Positions 1 to 11,621 of a DNA stretch of 64,000 nucleotides are shown here, piece by piece (positions within the stretch are counted from its first letter, which is position 1; the number at the start of each line of letters is the position of its first letter). Origin of the DNA: Zancudomyces culisetae HAW-14-8 (lineage: Eukaryota > Fungi > Kickxellomycota). The stretch lies in the NCBI GenBank assembly GCA_052426225.1, contig JBNJNM010000012.1:2460971-2524970 (forward strand). Direction: 5' to 3'. The notes under the pieces are model-generated. The model saw only the letters and a list, made by a program, of their open reading frames with translations, did not search any database and was not told the origin of the DNA. The position numbers were made by a program, and so were the translations under genes.

Positions 1-543
1 CTGGATCTGTTGTAGCATTGGTCCAATCTGTCGAGTAATTATTCGTGAACCTGACCCTCCACAAGTACCACATGTTCTGACGGCTCCCTCTTTTCCTCCT
101 TTTCCGTCACACTTCTTACATATCACTGCTCTTGTTACCTGGATCTTTGTAGTCTTTCCGCTGTACAACTCTTCAAGATTTACCTTCAGTGTGTGTGACA
201 TGTCTCTGCCCTTGCGTGGTCCGTGATTTGCTCTGCTATGTCCTCCTCCAAATACTCCTGCACCAAAGAATTGTGAGAACAAATCTTCGGCTGACATGCC
301 TCCCTCTCCAGCATCTCCACTTAATCCTGCCTCTCCGAATCTGTCATATCTTTCTCTTTTGTCTTGATCTGACAATATTTCATATGCATGTGATATTTCC
401 TTGAATTTTTCTGTAGACTCTGCGTCTGAGTTCTTGTCTGGATGATATTTAAGTGCCAGCTTTCTATATGCCTTCTTAATTTCTGTCAATTGAGCAGTTG
501 GCGAAATCTCAAGCAAGTCGTACAATCTAGTTTCAACAGCCAT
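1..543 (-). CDS. YDJ1: Type I DnaJ/Hsp40 co-chaperone (Ydj1/Mas5-like), 5' part; runs off the window start
   Basis: Manual translation from ATG at 543: [38 protein letters not shown] (J domain with HPD), a G/F-rich segment, then CxxCxGxG repeats ([17 protein letters not shown]). Not in the ORF track because no stop lies in the window. Confidence 0.93.
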   Translation of the reverse strand, partial: MAVETRLYDLLEISPTAQLTEIKKAYRKLALKYHPDKNSDAESTEKFKEISHAYEILSDQDKRERYDRFGEAGLSGDAGEGGMSAEDLFSQFFGAGVFGGGHSRANHGPRKGRDMSHTLKVNLEELYSGKTTKIQVTRAVICKKCDGKGGKEGAVRTCGTCGGSGSRIITRQIGPMLQQIQ

Positions 544-2697
544 TTTTTTAATTTTCGTTCTTTTAATGTTCTTTCTTTTCTGATATACGTTCTACAAATA
601 GCCGAAAACTCGTTAAGCAATTGAAAATACTAGTGTATTTAACTTGAAAGAAGTTTTTATCTGAACACTATGGAAAAGTTGAAAGAAAATTTTTTTTTTA
701 CTTTTGCTCTTTATATGTTTTGCGTTTTTTTTTCTTTTGGTAATTCGCAACCTGTATTTACTCTAAACAATGGATATTGCTTTGGCAAAATGTGTTGTTT
801 TTAAGATTTGTAATGAATATGGTAAAAAAAAATTTTTTTAGCTAAAATTTCAAATTATTTGAAACTACCCCCATAGAAGGAATGAAAAAGAATTGTACAT
901 CAAAACGAATGATTAAATGTTCCATTCCCCTTGCACCCCCCAAGCTTTTCCTGAAAAATAGTGCAATTTACTCTGGTATTTAGCAAGTTGGCACAAAGCT
1001 TTAAGGATTGCTGAAAGATTTTGCCTACTTATCAGTGGAGTTAATGACTGTAAATTATGAAGAGTAAAAGTTTGTACCAGGTCGTCGTGACTATGGTATA
1101 TTTTGTTTACTCTCTTGTAATTTCTAGCTTTTGATTATGAGCCTAGTGTTTTCTACTTATCAGCTTTCTGAACCTTATCCATGCATTATTGTTGTTCTTG
1201 ATTTCGATTTTCTAATCATGCACAGAATAAAAGAAAGAGGTAGAAAACGGTGGAGAAGTTGGTGGTAGTCATGTGTTATGCCCTAAAATCACTGAACTGG
1301 GATGGCGAGGATAATTATTAATGCATTATTATCGCTGGCCGGCAATACTACTGTTACTGATGCTGTAAAGTGCTTTGTAGTTTGCATGCATTGGGCTTGT
1401 GGTATTTTCAATGCGGGAGGTTTCAGGTAACCAGTCCATAAGTTCATTGCTGCACCATGTGTTTCCTGACAAAGTTTACGGGGTTATGAAATCTGTAATT
1501 GCGCTTTTTTGTTGTAATAGAACAGTAAATGATTTCTTTACTATTTCAAGATTTTGAGAAAATAAATGGCATTTTCCATTTGTTCCAGCCAATTAACAAC
1601 GATTATTTTGAAGAATTTCCATTAGATTCTTTTGGTTTCCATTTCTTTATAAAAGCAAAAGATAAGTGATGATGAAAGATTATATAAATTTTAGAAAGTT
1701 GGTGTTTTCCAGAAAAAAAAAGCAATAATAAAGCGAACCAATATTTTGTTCGTTTTTACCAATTTCGGCTATCTTTGCCACATTACACTGTGATTGGTGG
1801 AAGAATACAGTGAACAACCTAAAACCAATCCTTTGGCATTATAATTTGATCTTGTAGAAATGATAATTCCCTCATTTTTACTCGTGGTAAACTAAGGACA
1901 AAATATTGTTGTTCTAATTTTAGCTTAGAAAAGGGCCAGCTAGCCAAAAAAAGTCAAATATTGAGCTAGCAAAGGGTATAGAGCCGATTAGAGAGTATTC
2001 GGTAGGCTCAAACTTTTATGTAAATGACTACATACACAAGCAAAAGGTCGTGGCTGTAGTGATATCACTTTTAGAGCATTGCTCATCAAAATTGTTTCAT
2101 AAAAAGTTGTTGTTTGGTTGCATACACCATTGGTTTATGGGCGCAGAATTGAATGATTGCACATTTAATAATCGGGGTCATTCTGTTGTTTTTGTTCAAT
2201 CTTCAAAAGGTGAACCTAGTCAACAGAAAGCATTATAGAAAGAACCCGCAAATGAAAATTATAATGTTTGGGTATAACAAACATCATTCTTTTGGATGCA
2301 AAAAAACAACAACAACACAAATGTCAATAATGATATCGATATTGATATTGATATTGATATTGATATTTTTATTGATATCGGTTATGTATATACTCCCACA
2401 AGGGCCGCCTTCTATCTATCATCTTTAAATTTATAAATGAATCAGGATATAATTCAGTCATAACACCAAATCACCCTGAACCTCCTAACATTCTCAAAAA
2501 CAGCCAAATAGAAAACAAGGTATTGAAAGAATGCAAAACCCGCGGTGTATAACATAATATAATGGACAGTTTTGATGATTGTACACCCATCTAAAAACTA
2601 CAAAATGGTGTTTAAGATAAAGGGGGCGGGGCGGAGGAGGCTCTAGTGGTAGTGATGTTGATTTTGGTATTTACTAGCTTTGATCATTCTTGGATCG

Positions 2698-2798
2698 GAA
2701 AAAAAATTTTTTTTTCCAGCAAACTCTTGACATTTAGAAAATTTTTTTTAGGCCAAATCAGATTGAAACCAGGGAAATATTAAAAAAATTTTTTTTTT
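2698..2798 (+). promoter_or_regulatory. Cluster of three RRPE-like A(n)T(n) elements upstream of UTP6
   Basis: GAAAAAAATTTTTTTTT (2698), GAAAATTTTTTT (2737) and AAAAAAATTTTTTTTTT (2782) resemble the yeast RRPE TGAAAAATTTT of ribosome-biogenesis promoters. Confidence 0.4.
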
Positions 2799-2966
2799 GT
2801 TTAGCAGTTTGTATATTCTAGTTGCAATTGAATGTGAAGGATTTCACGCCTACTTACACTAAATAAATATATATTCATACATAACTACATACATAATCTA
2901 AGGCTATAAAGCAGGAAAAAAAGAATATAGAAGATAGTAACATAAGGAAAGCAAAACAAAACAAGG

Positions 2967-5582
2967 ATGGCAGAAATAGTTCAGTACAGACTTGAGTCCA
3001 TGATTCCAGAATTGGAGGATCTGGAAAGGAAGGGTTTGTTTAGTTCCGAAGAAATAAAACAAATAGTTAAAAAACGAGGTAGATTTGAGTATTTAATTAA
3101 AAGAAGGCAGCCACCAATCCAAGATTTTCAGAGGTATATAGAATACGAGAAAAATCTGGAAAAGCTGAGGATATGGAGGAAAAGGAGACTAGGTGTGAAG
3201 GACCGAAGACAAACAATAAGCGACAGAGCTATAAGACAAAGGATAGAAAGTATATACGAAAGAGCGATACTCAAACATAAGGGTAAATTAGAGGTATGGC
3301 TGGAGTATATTGAGTTTAAAAAAGAGGAGGAAGAACGAGAAGAAAAGAAGAGCAAAAAAGTACAACAAGGCCAAGTAGGGGCAGGAAAAGAGGTCAAAAA
3401 ATTAATGTCGAGAGTTATTCAAGTGTTTCCACAAAACGCGAGTCTCTGGATAGAAGCGGCTCGAATGGAGTATGAAGAAGAGGGTGACGTAGAAAAAGCG
3501 AGAAAACTGATGCAAAGAGCGATAAGAATAAACAAAGATGATATCAGTGTGTGGATAGAGTACTGTAAGATGGAATTATTGTATATAGAAAAAATTAAAC
3601 AACGAAGAAAGGTTTTGGGTATTGATGAACTCGAGAAGAGCGAAAATGGTCAACAAGAGAACAACGCAGGTGAGAAATCAGAGTCAAGTGAGAAAAAGCA
3701 ACAGGAAGGAGATAAGGAAAACCACAAAAGTGGCAATGATTCAGATACTAACGAAGATGAGCATTTTTCAGACGATGTGATTAAGTTTGATGTAGAGAAA
3801 GAGAATCCGGATGGAGAACAGAGTGAAGAAAGTGATGAGGAGGAGAGAGAGTTTGAAAAAATACAAAATGAGGAATTCAAGCAAGCGATGGAGATAGTTG
3901 AAAGAAGATACAACAAAGAAAAGGAAAACAAGCGAAAAAGGTCCAGATTGGGGCAAGAAGAGGAAGAGGAAATCATTCGACAAAAGATGGAGGTATCCAA
4001 CAATGAGTACTTGCAGGGCAAAATAGCACTAGTGGTATACAAATATGCAATTCAAAGTGTCAATACCTTGGAGATGCGAAAGCAGTTTTATGACTTGTTT
4101 TCAAAGTTTAAATTTAACGAGGGAGTACAACAAGTGCTTGAAGAAACCGTTGAGCATTATGTATCAAATAATAAAGATTCTGTGACTAGTATTGAAAGTT
4201 TGAGAGAGAGGGTTGAGGCTTTGATATTTGTACATAAGAGTCAGATCGACCAAGCCAATACATTCTCTGTGAATGCTTTCAGCGTTGATTGGCTTAAAAA
4301 CTATTCAAAGGTATACAAAGAAATTGAGGATAATTTAGAATCGGGATCTGATAACAAGGAGTTTGTTTATTTATATTGGATCTCAAGCATAGGAATGTTA
4401 AAAGACGTTTTATCTGAGTTTGTAGAATCCACCAGTGGAGGAAATACAAACAGCACGAGATCTTCCAGGCGAAAAAGACAAAAGTCATCCACACAAAACA
4501 GCAATAATAACCAGCAACTTGAAAATGTAAAGAAATACATAGTCAAATCAATTGTATTGCTTTATGAAAAGGTTTTGACCAAAAATGAATTGTACGACTC
4601 CATAGTTTCAGAAAGCGATTACATTGAGTACATTGAGTTTGGATTGGAGAATAATGCTATGGACAAGAGTTCTGTCCAGGAACGTGTGGATCAAGGAATC
4701 GAACTTTATTATGAAAATAAAAATAAGGAGAGTGCCAGTGGCAAGCTTCTGCTTTTCAAACTGAAGCACATATTCAACTCCTTTGTAGATACCAGCGAGA
4801 ACGCTAATGAGTACATTGCAGAGTTTGAAAAGGTATACAAAGTCTTCTTGTCAAAATCTGTGCTGATTGGAGATATCAAAGTGGCAGAGGAAATTTTTGC
4901 TTTGTATTTGGATTTCAAAGATAGTTTGTACTATGCTAAAATCGTTGATACATATGACCTGGAAATGTTATCAAGTGATTACATTGCTACTATGACCAAA
5001 CTCGTTTCGTTTTTTATTTCTCAACCTCTGAACAAGGCACAATTAAATGCAAGTGATGCTCAGATCAACAAAGATAATGGAAACGCTGTTCTCAGTGTTA
5101 AAAAGGATGATAACAATGCCTCCGCTAGCATCAGTGACGTGTTGGAGTCGTTGCTTGTTCGCTATTTGAACCTTTTTTCCAGCGGAGATATTTCAACTTT
5201 CCGTTCAAAGTTCACTAATTCCATCCAAAAAAATAACTTTCTTTCATACCTGACCTCTACTGTAAATGTCGTCGCTTTAGTCATTCAAACCGAGTCCAAT
5301 TATTTGCTTTCAGAACTAAACTCAAAGTCACATCTCCCCTTAACCAAAAAGCTTGCGTATATCAAAAGCACTCCTGATTTGCTTTCCTGCTACAGCCATA
5401 TCACTTCTCTGTACAATTCTCTACTTTCCAGCAACTCCTCCGTTTTCCAACTATGGTCTGATCTCGTTTCTTTCCATCTTGCTTGCGGCGACCTAGTTTC
5501 TGCCACTAGTTGCCGTCACTCCGCACTGCTATCCAACAATAACAATCCATTACTGGTCCAGATGTTATCAAAGCTTTTCTAA
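2967..5582 (+). CDS. UTP6: U3 snoRNA-associated protein 6 (SSU processome HAT-repeat protein), 871 aa
   Basis: N-terminus MAEIVQYRLESMIPELEDLERKGLFSSEEIKQIVKKRGRFEY...YIEYEKNLEKLR matches the Utp6 N domain; HAT repeats (LWIEAARMEYE, ARKLMQRAIRIN, VWIEYCKMELLY); long acidic insert and extended C-terminus. Confidence 0.92.
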   Translation: MAEIVQYRLESMIPELEDLERKGLFSSEEIKQIVKKRGRFEYLIKRRQPPIQDFQRYIEYEKNLEKLRIWRKRRLGVKDRRQTISDRAIRQRIESIYERAILKHKGKLEVWLEYIEFKKEEEEREEKKSKKVQQGQVGAGKEVKKLMSRVIQVFPQNASLWIEAARMEYEEEGDVEKARKLMQRAIRINKDDISVWIEYCKMELLYIEKIKQRRKVLGIDELEKSENGQQENNAGEKSESSEKKQQEGDKENHKSGNDSDTNEDEHFSDDVIKFDVEKENPDGEQSEESDEEEREFEKIQNEEFKQAMEIVERRYNKEKENKRKRSRLGQEEEEEIIRQKMEVSNNEYLQGKIALVVYKYAIQSVNTLEMRKQFYDLFSKFKFNEGVQQVLEETVEHYVSNNKDSVTSIESLRERVEALIFVHKSQIDQANTFSVNAFSVDWLKNYSKVYKEIEDNLESGSDNKEFVYLYWISSIGMLKDVLSEFVESTSGGNTNSTRSSRRKRQKSSTQNSNNNQQLENVKKYIVKSIVLLYEKVLTKNELYDSIVSESDYIEYIEFGLENNAMDKSSVQERVDQGIELYYENKNKESASGKLLLFKLKHIFNSFVDTSENANEYIAEFEKVYKVFLSKSVLIGDIKVAEEIFALYLDFKDSLYYAKIVDTYDLEMLSSDYIATMTKLVSFFISQPLNKAQLNASDAQINKDNGNAVLSVKKDDNNASASISDVLESLLVRYLNLFSSGDISTFRSKFTNSIQKNNFLSYLTSTVNVVALVIQTESNYLLSELNSKSHLPLTKKLAYIKSTPDLLSCYSHITSLYNSLLSSNSSVFQLWSDLVSFHLACGDLVSATSCRHSALLSNNNNPLLVQMLSKLF

Positions 5583-5736
5583 TTCATTTTTTTTTCTTTA
5601 CCATCTTGACTTATTTCACTTTTCAAATTTATTTTTAGACTATACTATATATATAATCGTATATATATTCATTTTCTTTTCGAGTTTTTATAAAAATAAA
5701 ATACATAAAAAAAAGAAAAGAACTAAGCAAACCATC

Positions 5737-6828
5737 CTATGATTTTTCGTCTGCTATCTTGTCAAGCGCCTTTTGTGCATTTTCAACCTGTTTTTTCAAT
5801 GTTTCGATCTCTACTGCTTGTTTCTTTCTTTTCTCAATTGCTTTCTTCAACTCCTCAATATCTGCTTTTACTTTTTTCATCTCTACCACCATCTTTAGAC
5901 ACTTTGCTTCTTCTTCAGACACTGACAGCCTTGTTACTGACTTCATGTCCTTGAGTTCTGTCTTTGCTGCAAACACCTCAAGTAGGATTTTCTTTGTTAA
6001 TAGTAGTACCAATCCCAATACCAATGTAATACCACAGAGGTAAAAGTTTCGTTGGGCATATATCCTTGTGACATTATTTGAAAGCTTAGAAATTATGTTT
6101 TCAGACCCAGTGTCTTCGCTTTCCAGTCTCATCACTCTGTATATCGAATCTATGTCAAAATATTTCATTATAAACAAAAGTATTTTGACTATCCTAGCAG
6201 TTGTAGCAATGTTTTATTATAATTCTTGAGAGCTGACTTACCAGCAAATAGGATACCCACAAAGCTATTTTGTCCAGATAAAATAAATATCAACAGGTTA
6301 AACATATACATACTATCTACACTTTTACATTATATTAAACTACTAATAGCTATGAGCACTAGCTATATTACTAGAAAAATTAATTGTGACTTACAGGTAG
6401 ATAAATCCCAGGAATTTTATTACACTTTTGATCTATTAAAATTTAAACACTCGCTTTCAATTATATTCATACAAGATAGTGTTAAGAATTTTAAATGTTG
6501 AATGTTGTGATGATTACCCCTTCGCTTTTGCTTATCGCTTTCAAGACTCCATTTCGCCATCTATCAGGGAACGGAATCTACGTAATTTTCGTTCAATTCA
6601 AATTAAAAGCCCCAGCCGATTTTATTTTATCTTTTTCAACTTTTCAAACATAGGTATAAAGACTACTTACCATCAATAGGCCAAATATTGCTATCTATAT
6701 TTATATACTTAAAAGGTTTAGAATGCATTTCGAATACGGATAAAAATGTATAGTAAGAATGGGACTTTTGTTTTTCCTACCTCCGTCAGCATTAGCGAAT
6801 AGACCAATGTAAATTGTACTGAAGCCAT
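5737..6828 (-). CDS. YET3: BAP31/BAP29 (Yet1/Yet3) family ER membrane protein, six exons, 201 aa
   Basis: Spliced by hand: exons 6828-6781, 6694-6671, 6577-6518, 6432-6395, 6264-6242, 6149-5737, all GT-AG and in frame. Gives MASVQFTLVYSLMLTE-IAIFGLLM-IPFPDRWRNGVLKAISKSEG-IKSVIKFLGFIYL-FVGILFAD-SIYRV...YAQRNFYLCGITLVL plus a C-terminal coiled coil; the YAQRN motif is typical of Bap31. Confidence 0.88.
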
Positions 6829-7259
6829 TGTACCTTTCAGATATCTTTTTTAATCTTTGTGTTGTACTTTTTTAAACTGTTCTTGACAAGTGTGGAGGGT
6901 GGTTTAATCTCAGAACTCTAGAGGTTATAAATGTATTATCTTTCTACTAAGAGAAAATTGAGTTTGGGTTTTTGAATGGGGGGTTTTTATTTTATTTCTT
7001 GACTGTAAAATCGAAACTTTCTTTAAATTTCCGAAAATATTGGCAGAAACTAGAAAATAAATCGGAGAGTCTAATCGAGTCAGCTTATTTCCAAATACAC
7101 ACTATTTCCAATCCAAAATTATCCACCAATGGAAATTCTCGACATTTAGTATGGTATTTTCACCCATTTATTTAATTCTTTTCAATTCAATTTTTTTTTG
7201 ATTAACCAAAAGTAAAATAAATAAACTTGGAAAGTTGGGCTGTTTGAGAATCAGACTAA

Positions 7260-7572
7260 ATGCTGTCGAGCTCGTTACGTATGTTTTGAAAAGATAGGGA
7301 TGTTCAATCCAAAATTTGAGACCAAAGCAACCATTTAGTGAGCTAAATTAGTTGAATAAATGCGGTTAGCAACTTGGAGTGGACGTATTTCCGATTGATA
7401 TTCCAAATAACACCATGTTCATTTGCAAGGAGTTGCGGCGTAAATATGCTGTTCCTCTCAAGATACAAGTCCTAGCTGATACCAATGCCTTCTTTATATT
7501 TCGACATTCCGTCATAACAGAAACCATTTTATTCACAAACATTTTTGCATCGATGATGATGATGTTCTCTAA
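7260..7572 (+). CDS. Possible micro-exon gene encoding a 31-aa peptide (speculative)
   Basis: ATG 7260; exons 7260-7278, 7370-7384, 7430-7439, 7521-7572 joined by GT-AG introns (first donor GTATGT) give MLSSSLPTWSGRVAANHFIHKHFCIDDDDVL*. No homology recognised. Confidence 0.2.
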
Positions 7573-7847
7573 TCACTAATCTTTCTCGAGAGCACTTTCT
7601 AGAAAATTACAAAACAGTCTTATATATATAAAAAAACCAACTAGAAAAAAATAAAAATAAAAATAGATGTAGCACTAGAATTAGTATTTAACCGTATGGA
7701 TGAAATACCAAGAGATGTTTCTGTGGTATGAACGACATAAAAACAGCCCAGTCCCTGCAAGTAACAGCAACAACGTTAACAATGTCAACATCAAGGTTAA
7801 TACCAATAGCGTTGGCAAGACAACAAAACAAAACAAAACAATCACTC

Positions 7848-9202
7848 TTAGAGTGTTTTCTTATTCACATTTGTGTACCCAGTACCTACACAGGTCAAAT
7901 CTACCATTCCTGGATACGCTTTGCTTTGCTGAACCCTGAATGTAACATTGAAAAAATCTCGCAAATCCCGCAAATACTGCACCGTGAATGGATTCAGTTC
8001 TCCAACAATAGTCTTGGAAACATCCTCTGAACTTAGTGTCATAAACAGTAACGGAATCCAATGATGGTATGTGTCAAAGTAACCGCCTTTTGACACTTCA
8101 GATAAGAGCATATGGGCACATTTCTGGCCGAGGTCTTCAGGCGTCTCCATGGCTTCCGCGCATAACTCGGCAGAATAATACGCACCTGTATCGCTTTCAG
8201 CTACTAGTGAAAGTCCATACCCTGGTGATAAACCAGATTCTGCCCCCTTGTATACATCTGTGTATAAATATATATCCTGCGAATATTCACCCAAGACTCT
8301 TTTTGCTGCATCCACCATTCTATTTGCTGTTTGTGGTGAAACTCGTGTACTATATGCTATTCCACGAATTCTTTTAATATGGCCGCAGTCTATCAGCTCT
8401 GTTGGCTCTATTTTCCGTATTGATGGGCACACAAGTTTTACTTCACCTCCCCCCAAAGGTGGAGCACCTCTCTTTATAACCGACAATTCTAACCCTTCTA
8501 AAATCCCAAAATGCTTAAATTGTGGAAGTGTTACTGTACGAATCGTATCTACAGTTAAATCTACATTGTTGTTTGTGACACCTTTTAAAATAGCTGTTAC
8601 AGTTTTTTTCGCAAATGGCGCCAGTGCCAAAATGAACTCCAAATAATATCCTATCCCACGTGATACAGGACAGCTATGCTCTATTCTTCCTCCAATAATA
8701 ACACCCGGTTTAAATAGAACCGTTGTACCTATTACAAGTACGTATATATGTGCATATTTAGTGAATTATTCTGTATCGTCTGAATTTAACTTTGAAGAAA
8801 ACGCAATCTCATGTTAATAAATCGCACCAACTTTGGTTCTGACGTTATTATGTTTATACACACATGTATATATATATATCTCCCGGTTTCATTTTTTAAA
8901 CGCTGACTTACCAGTATAACTGATATCTATCACGGTTCCGTTTGTTAACTTTTCTGCAATTTGAAGTAGTCTTATTTCAAAATCTATAGAGTTGATTCCT
9001 TTATTTAGCATCTTGTAAAATCTTATATATCATACGTCAACATATATAACAAGAATGAGTGTATACCTTTCAAGCCCGGATTTTCGTCCTCAGAGCGTAT
9101 TTCGTCTATTCTTACAGGAATTGCACTGATCAAAGACATTACTACTCGCTCTCGCAAAAATTCATGCCCTGCAAATCGTCTAATCTCCTTTTCTTTTATC
9201 AT
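7848..9202 (-). CDS. RCL1: RNA 3'-terminal phosphate cyclase-like protein Rcl1, three exons, 362 aa
   Basis: Exons 9202-9067, 8983-8912, 8728-7848 (GT-AG, in frame): MIKEKEIRRFAGHEFLRERVVMSLIS...NPGLKDFEIRLL...ISYTGTTVLFKPG...KRGAPPLGGGEV...IRGIAYSTRVSP...SPGYGLSLVAES. Confidence 0.95.
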
Positions 9203-9330
9203 TATTGCAAACTGATTTTACGCTACTATCGATGTTTAGAGTTCGCTTTTGGTTAATATTTGAAGCGTTTCATTAATATATGTTTTTGCTTCTTTAGCCT
9301 GAACTTGTTGAATCAAATTCCATCAACTAC

Positions 9331-9353
9331 AAAAAAAAAATTTTTTTTTTTCA
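9331..9353 (-). promoter_or_regulatory. RRPE-like element upstream of RCL1
   Basis: Minus strand reads TG-A(11)-T(10) about 130 bp upstream of the RCL1 ATG, with a CCAAT at ~9379. Confidence 0.4.
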
Positions 9354-11621
9354 GTTCACTGAAATGCGAATAAATTGGCCAATGAGGCTATGGTTAATTC
9401 TCCATAATAATTATATGATGGATTTATATTTAACATTTAAAAATTAAAGTTGGAAAGTGTGAACGTAAAGGTGGTAGAGGAAGGAAAAGATGTGACAATA
9501 CTAAAATAGCTCTTTACAGTATACAAAAAGAAAACAAGAAGTGAGCTATTTTTTGAGGGGAATAGGTGTGGGGATTCAGCTATTCTAATTCTGTACTGGT
9601 GGGTACCAAATAGCTGATCTTGTCCAGCAACATATCTGCCGTTTTGTAATTTTGATCAGATCGATGACACTTTTGTTTAGTCAATAGTGTCGCAAAAATG
9701 GAATAGTAGTAAATGATGAGTGAAAATACGAATGGTTGGTAGTGTGTATATTCTGCTAAATTAATAACCAAACTATTTAAAATATTTGCACATTTATTTG
9801 TTTTTGTGCGTTCGTAAAATGATTAAACGCTGCAACAATAGAGAGGAGGGAGGTCATGTTTTTTGAAAGAAGAGCAACAGACGGTACGCATTCGATGTGA
9901 TATACTTGTATCTTAAATGTAGTTTCTTTTGTCAAAAACCACAATTTGTTGAATTACGAAAATTTCCATTCATTTGATTTATCACAAGAAAATCAAATGA
10001 CATGAACACTCATGGTTTTATTTAAATCACGTTTGCTTTACTGCACTACCAAGCCCCCCCCCCCCCCCCATCAAAAAAAAAGTATCAGTAGATAAAAAAG
10101 CTGCAAAAGCAAAAATATCATGAGAAAGTCTAGAGATTTACCAAAGGTCATCATCCCATTCACACTTCAATAAAAAGGGACAGCTTGCTATATCTACATA
10201 TTGTTTGGTAAATAAGATATTTGGCTATAGAGTGCATGTGAATCACATTTTAGGTATCACAATAGAATGGCACATCCTCTGACACCTTTGTGGTTTGCTC
10301 ATATACATTTTTAAAATTTGCAACTATTTCAGCACTACAACCTCGGTAAATAGTAGGCATTAAAAATTGTGCAATAAAAAGGGTATACATTCTCAGGTTG
10401 CACTGTAAGGAAATTTAAAGACGAGACTAGTTTACCAAAGACCGATACACAAATCACCAGCGTATAGTCCCACAGCCTGTAGTATGCATTTCATGGGTCA
10501 AAAACCTGCTGCTTGTTCTTTTAGAGGGCGGGCGGGATGCTATTTCTTTTTGCAAGCTAACAAGCACAATCAGGTAAATTCGGGTGGCGACCCCCATGAT
10601 TGTGATTTCTCAAAATGCTGTAAATGGGGAGGTGTTTATTTATCGTCATTTTTAAGAGCACGTATGGTTTTATTTGCGGAATTGATTAATATGTTTGTGG
10701 TAAGAATGCTTCGATAATAATGATATCTTGTGTTACGGCTCGAAAAGGTATGTATATCTATTTTTAGACCATTATCCGGCTAAACAAAATGCCAATTAAA
10801 ATTGCATCTTTTTTCCTTTTTGCGGATACAAAATTCCATAGGTCATTAAAATGTGCTAAATTAAACCACAACTCTACTCAGAGCCATTAGCTACATGTCC
10901 CTGGCAAGACGTAAATAAAACATCATTACAAGATACAGGCATTTCCCAGCCCCGGTCCCAATCTTTCAAAAAAGAAAAAGCGAGTGAACCGATGAAGATC
11001 TTAAGGTTTAATACCAATTACACAATAGGATTCGGTTTTTAGGTATTTATCCACTCCAAACCACCCAAATGATTTATATAGGTGAACAGTAACACACCCA
11101 TTTGGCATTCACAAGTATGCTTGTCATGCATTATTGTATATCTCGGTTGGACTTATTTATGACTTGAACGGGGAAAAGTGGTTGATACCCAATGAATAAA
11201 TGTGTGATGTAAATAAACAAAATAAATCTTTATTAACTATTGGCTGTGAAGGCGTTTTGGTAAGCTGAGAAAACCGAAATTCAGCACTTGTGGAATGTAT
11301 TCAACATCAAAAGCTTAAACAAATTATTAGTGAAACTAACTTCATGCTTTTCTTTCATAGTTGTCAAAAAGCTCCACTTGCCAAGGGAGAATAAACAACA
11401 TAAAACCTAGAAACACAGGCAGGTGATTAATTTTCGACTTTATTTCTTTTTTTTACTTTTGTTCCTTGAAATATATTTGGTTGAGGTTTAAGCAGTTTAT
11501 TAAAGACGAGTTTATAACCTTTTATTCACTCGTTTTTTTTGCCAGTCTAACGATAAAGCTATAAAAAGTAAAACATAGTATAGAAATTCGCACATAAGCT
11601 ACTAGTAAATAGGTTTCAAAA

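Noticed and set aside
189-624. Plus-strand ORFs 189-404 and 442-624
   Set aside because: Antisense shadows of the DnaJ gene.
2153-2428. 91-aa hydrophobic ORF with ILILILIL
   Set aside because: The hydrophobic run comes from a (GATATT)n microsatellite at 2332-2367; no other coding evidence.
3128-4918. Minus-strand Ser/Phe-rich ORFs
   Set aside because: Antisense to the purine-rich UTP6 coding sequence.
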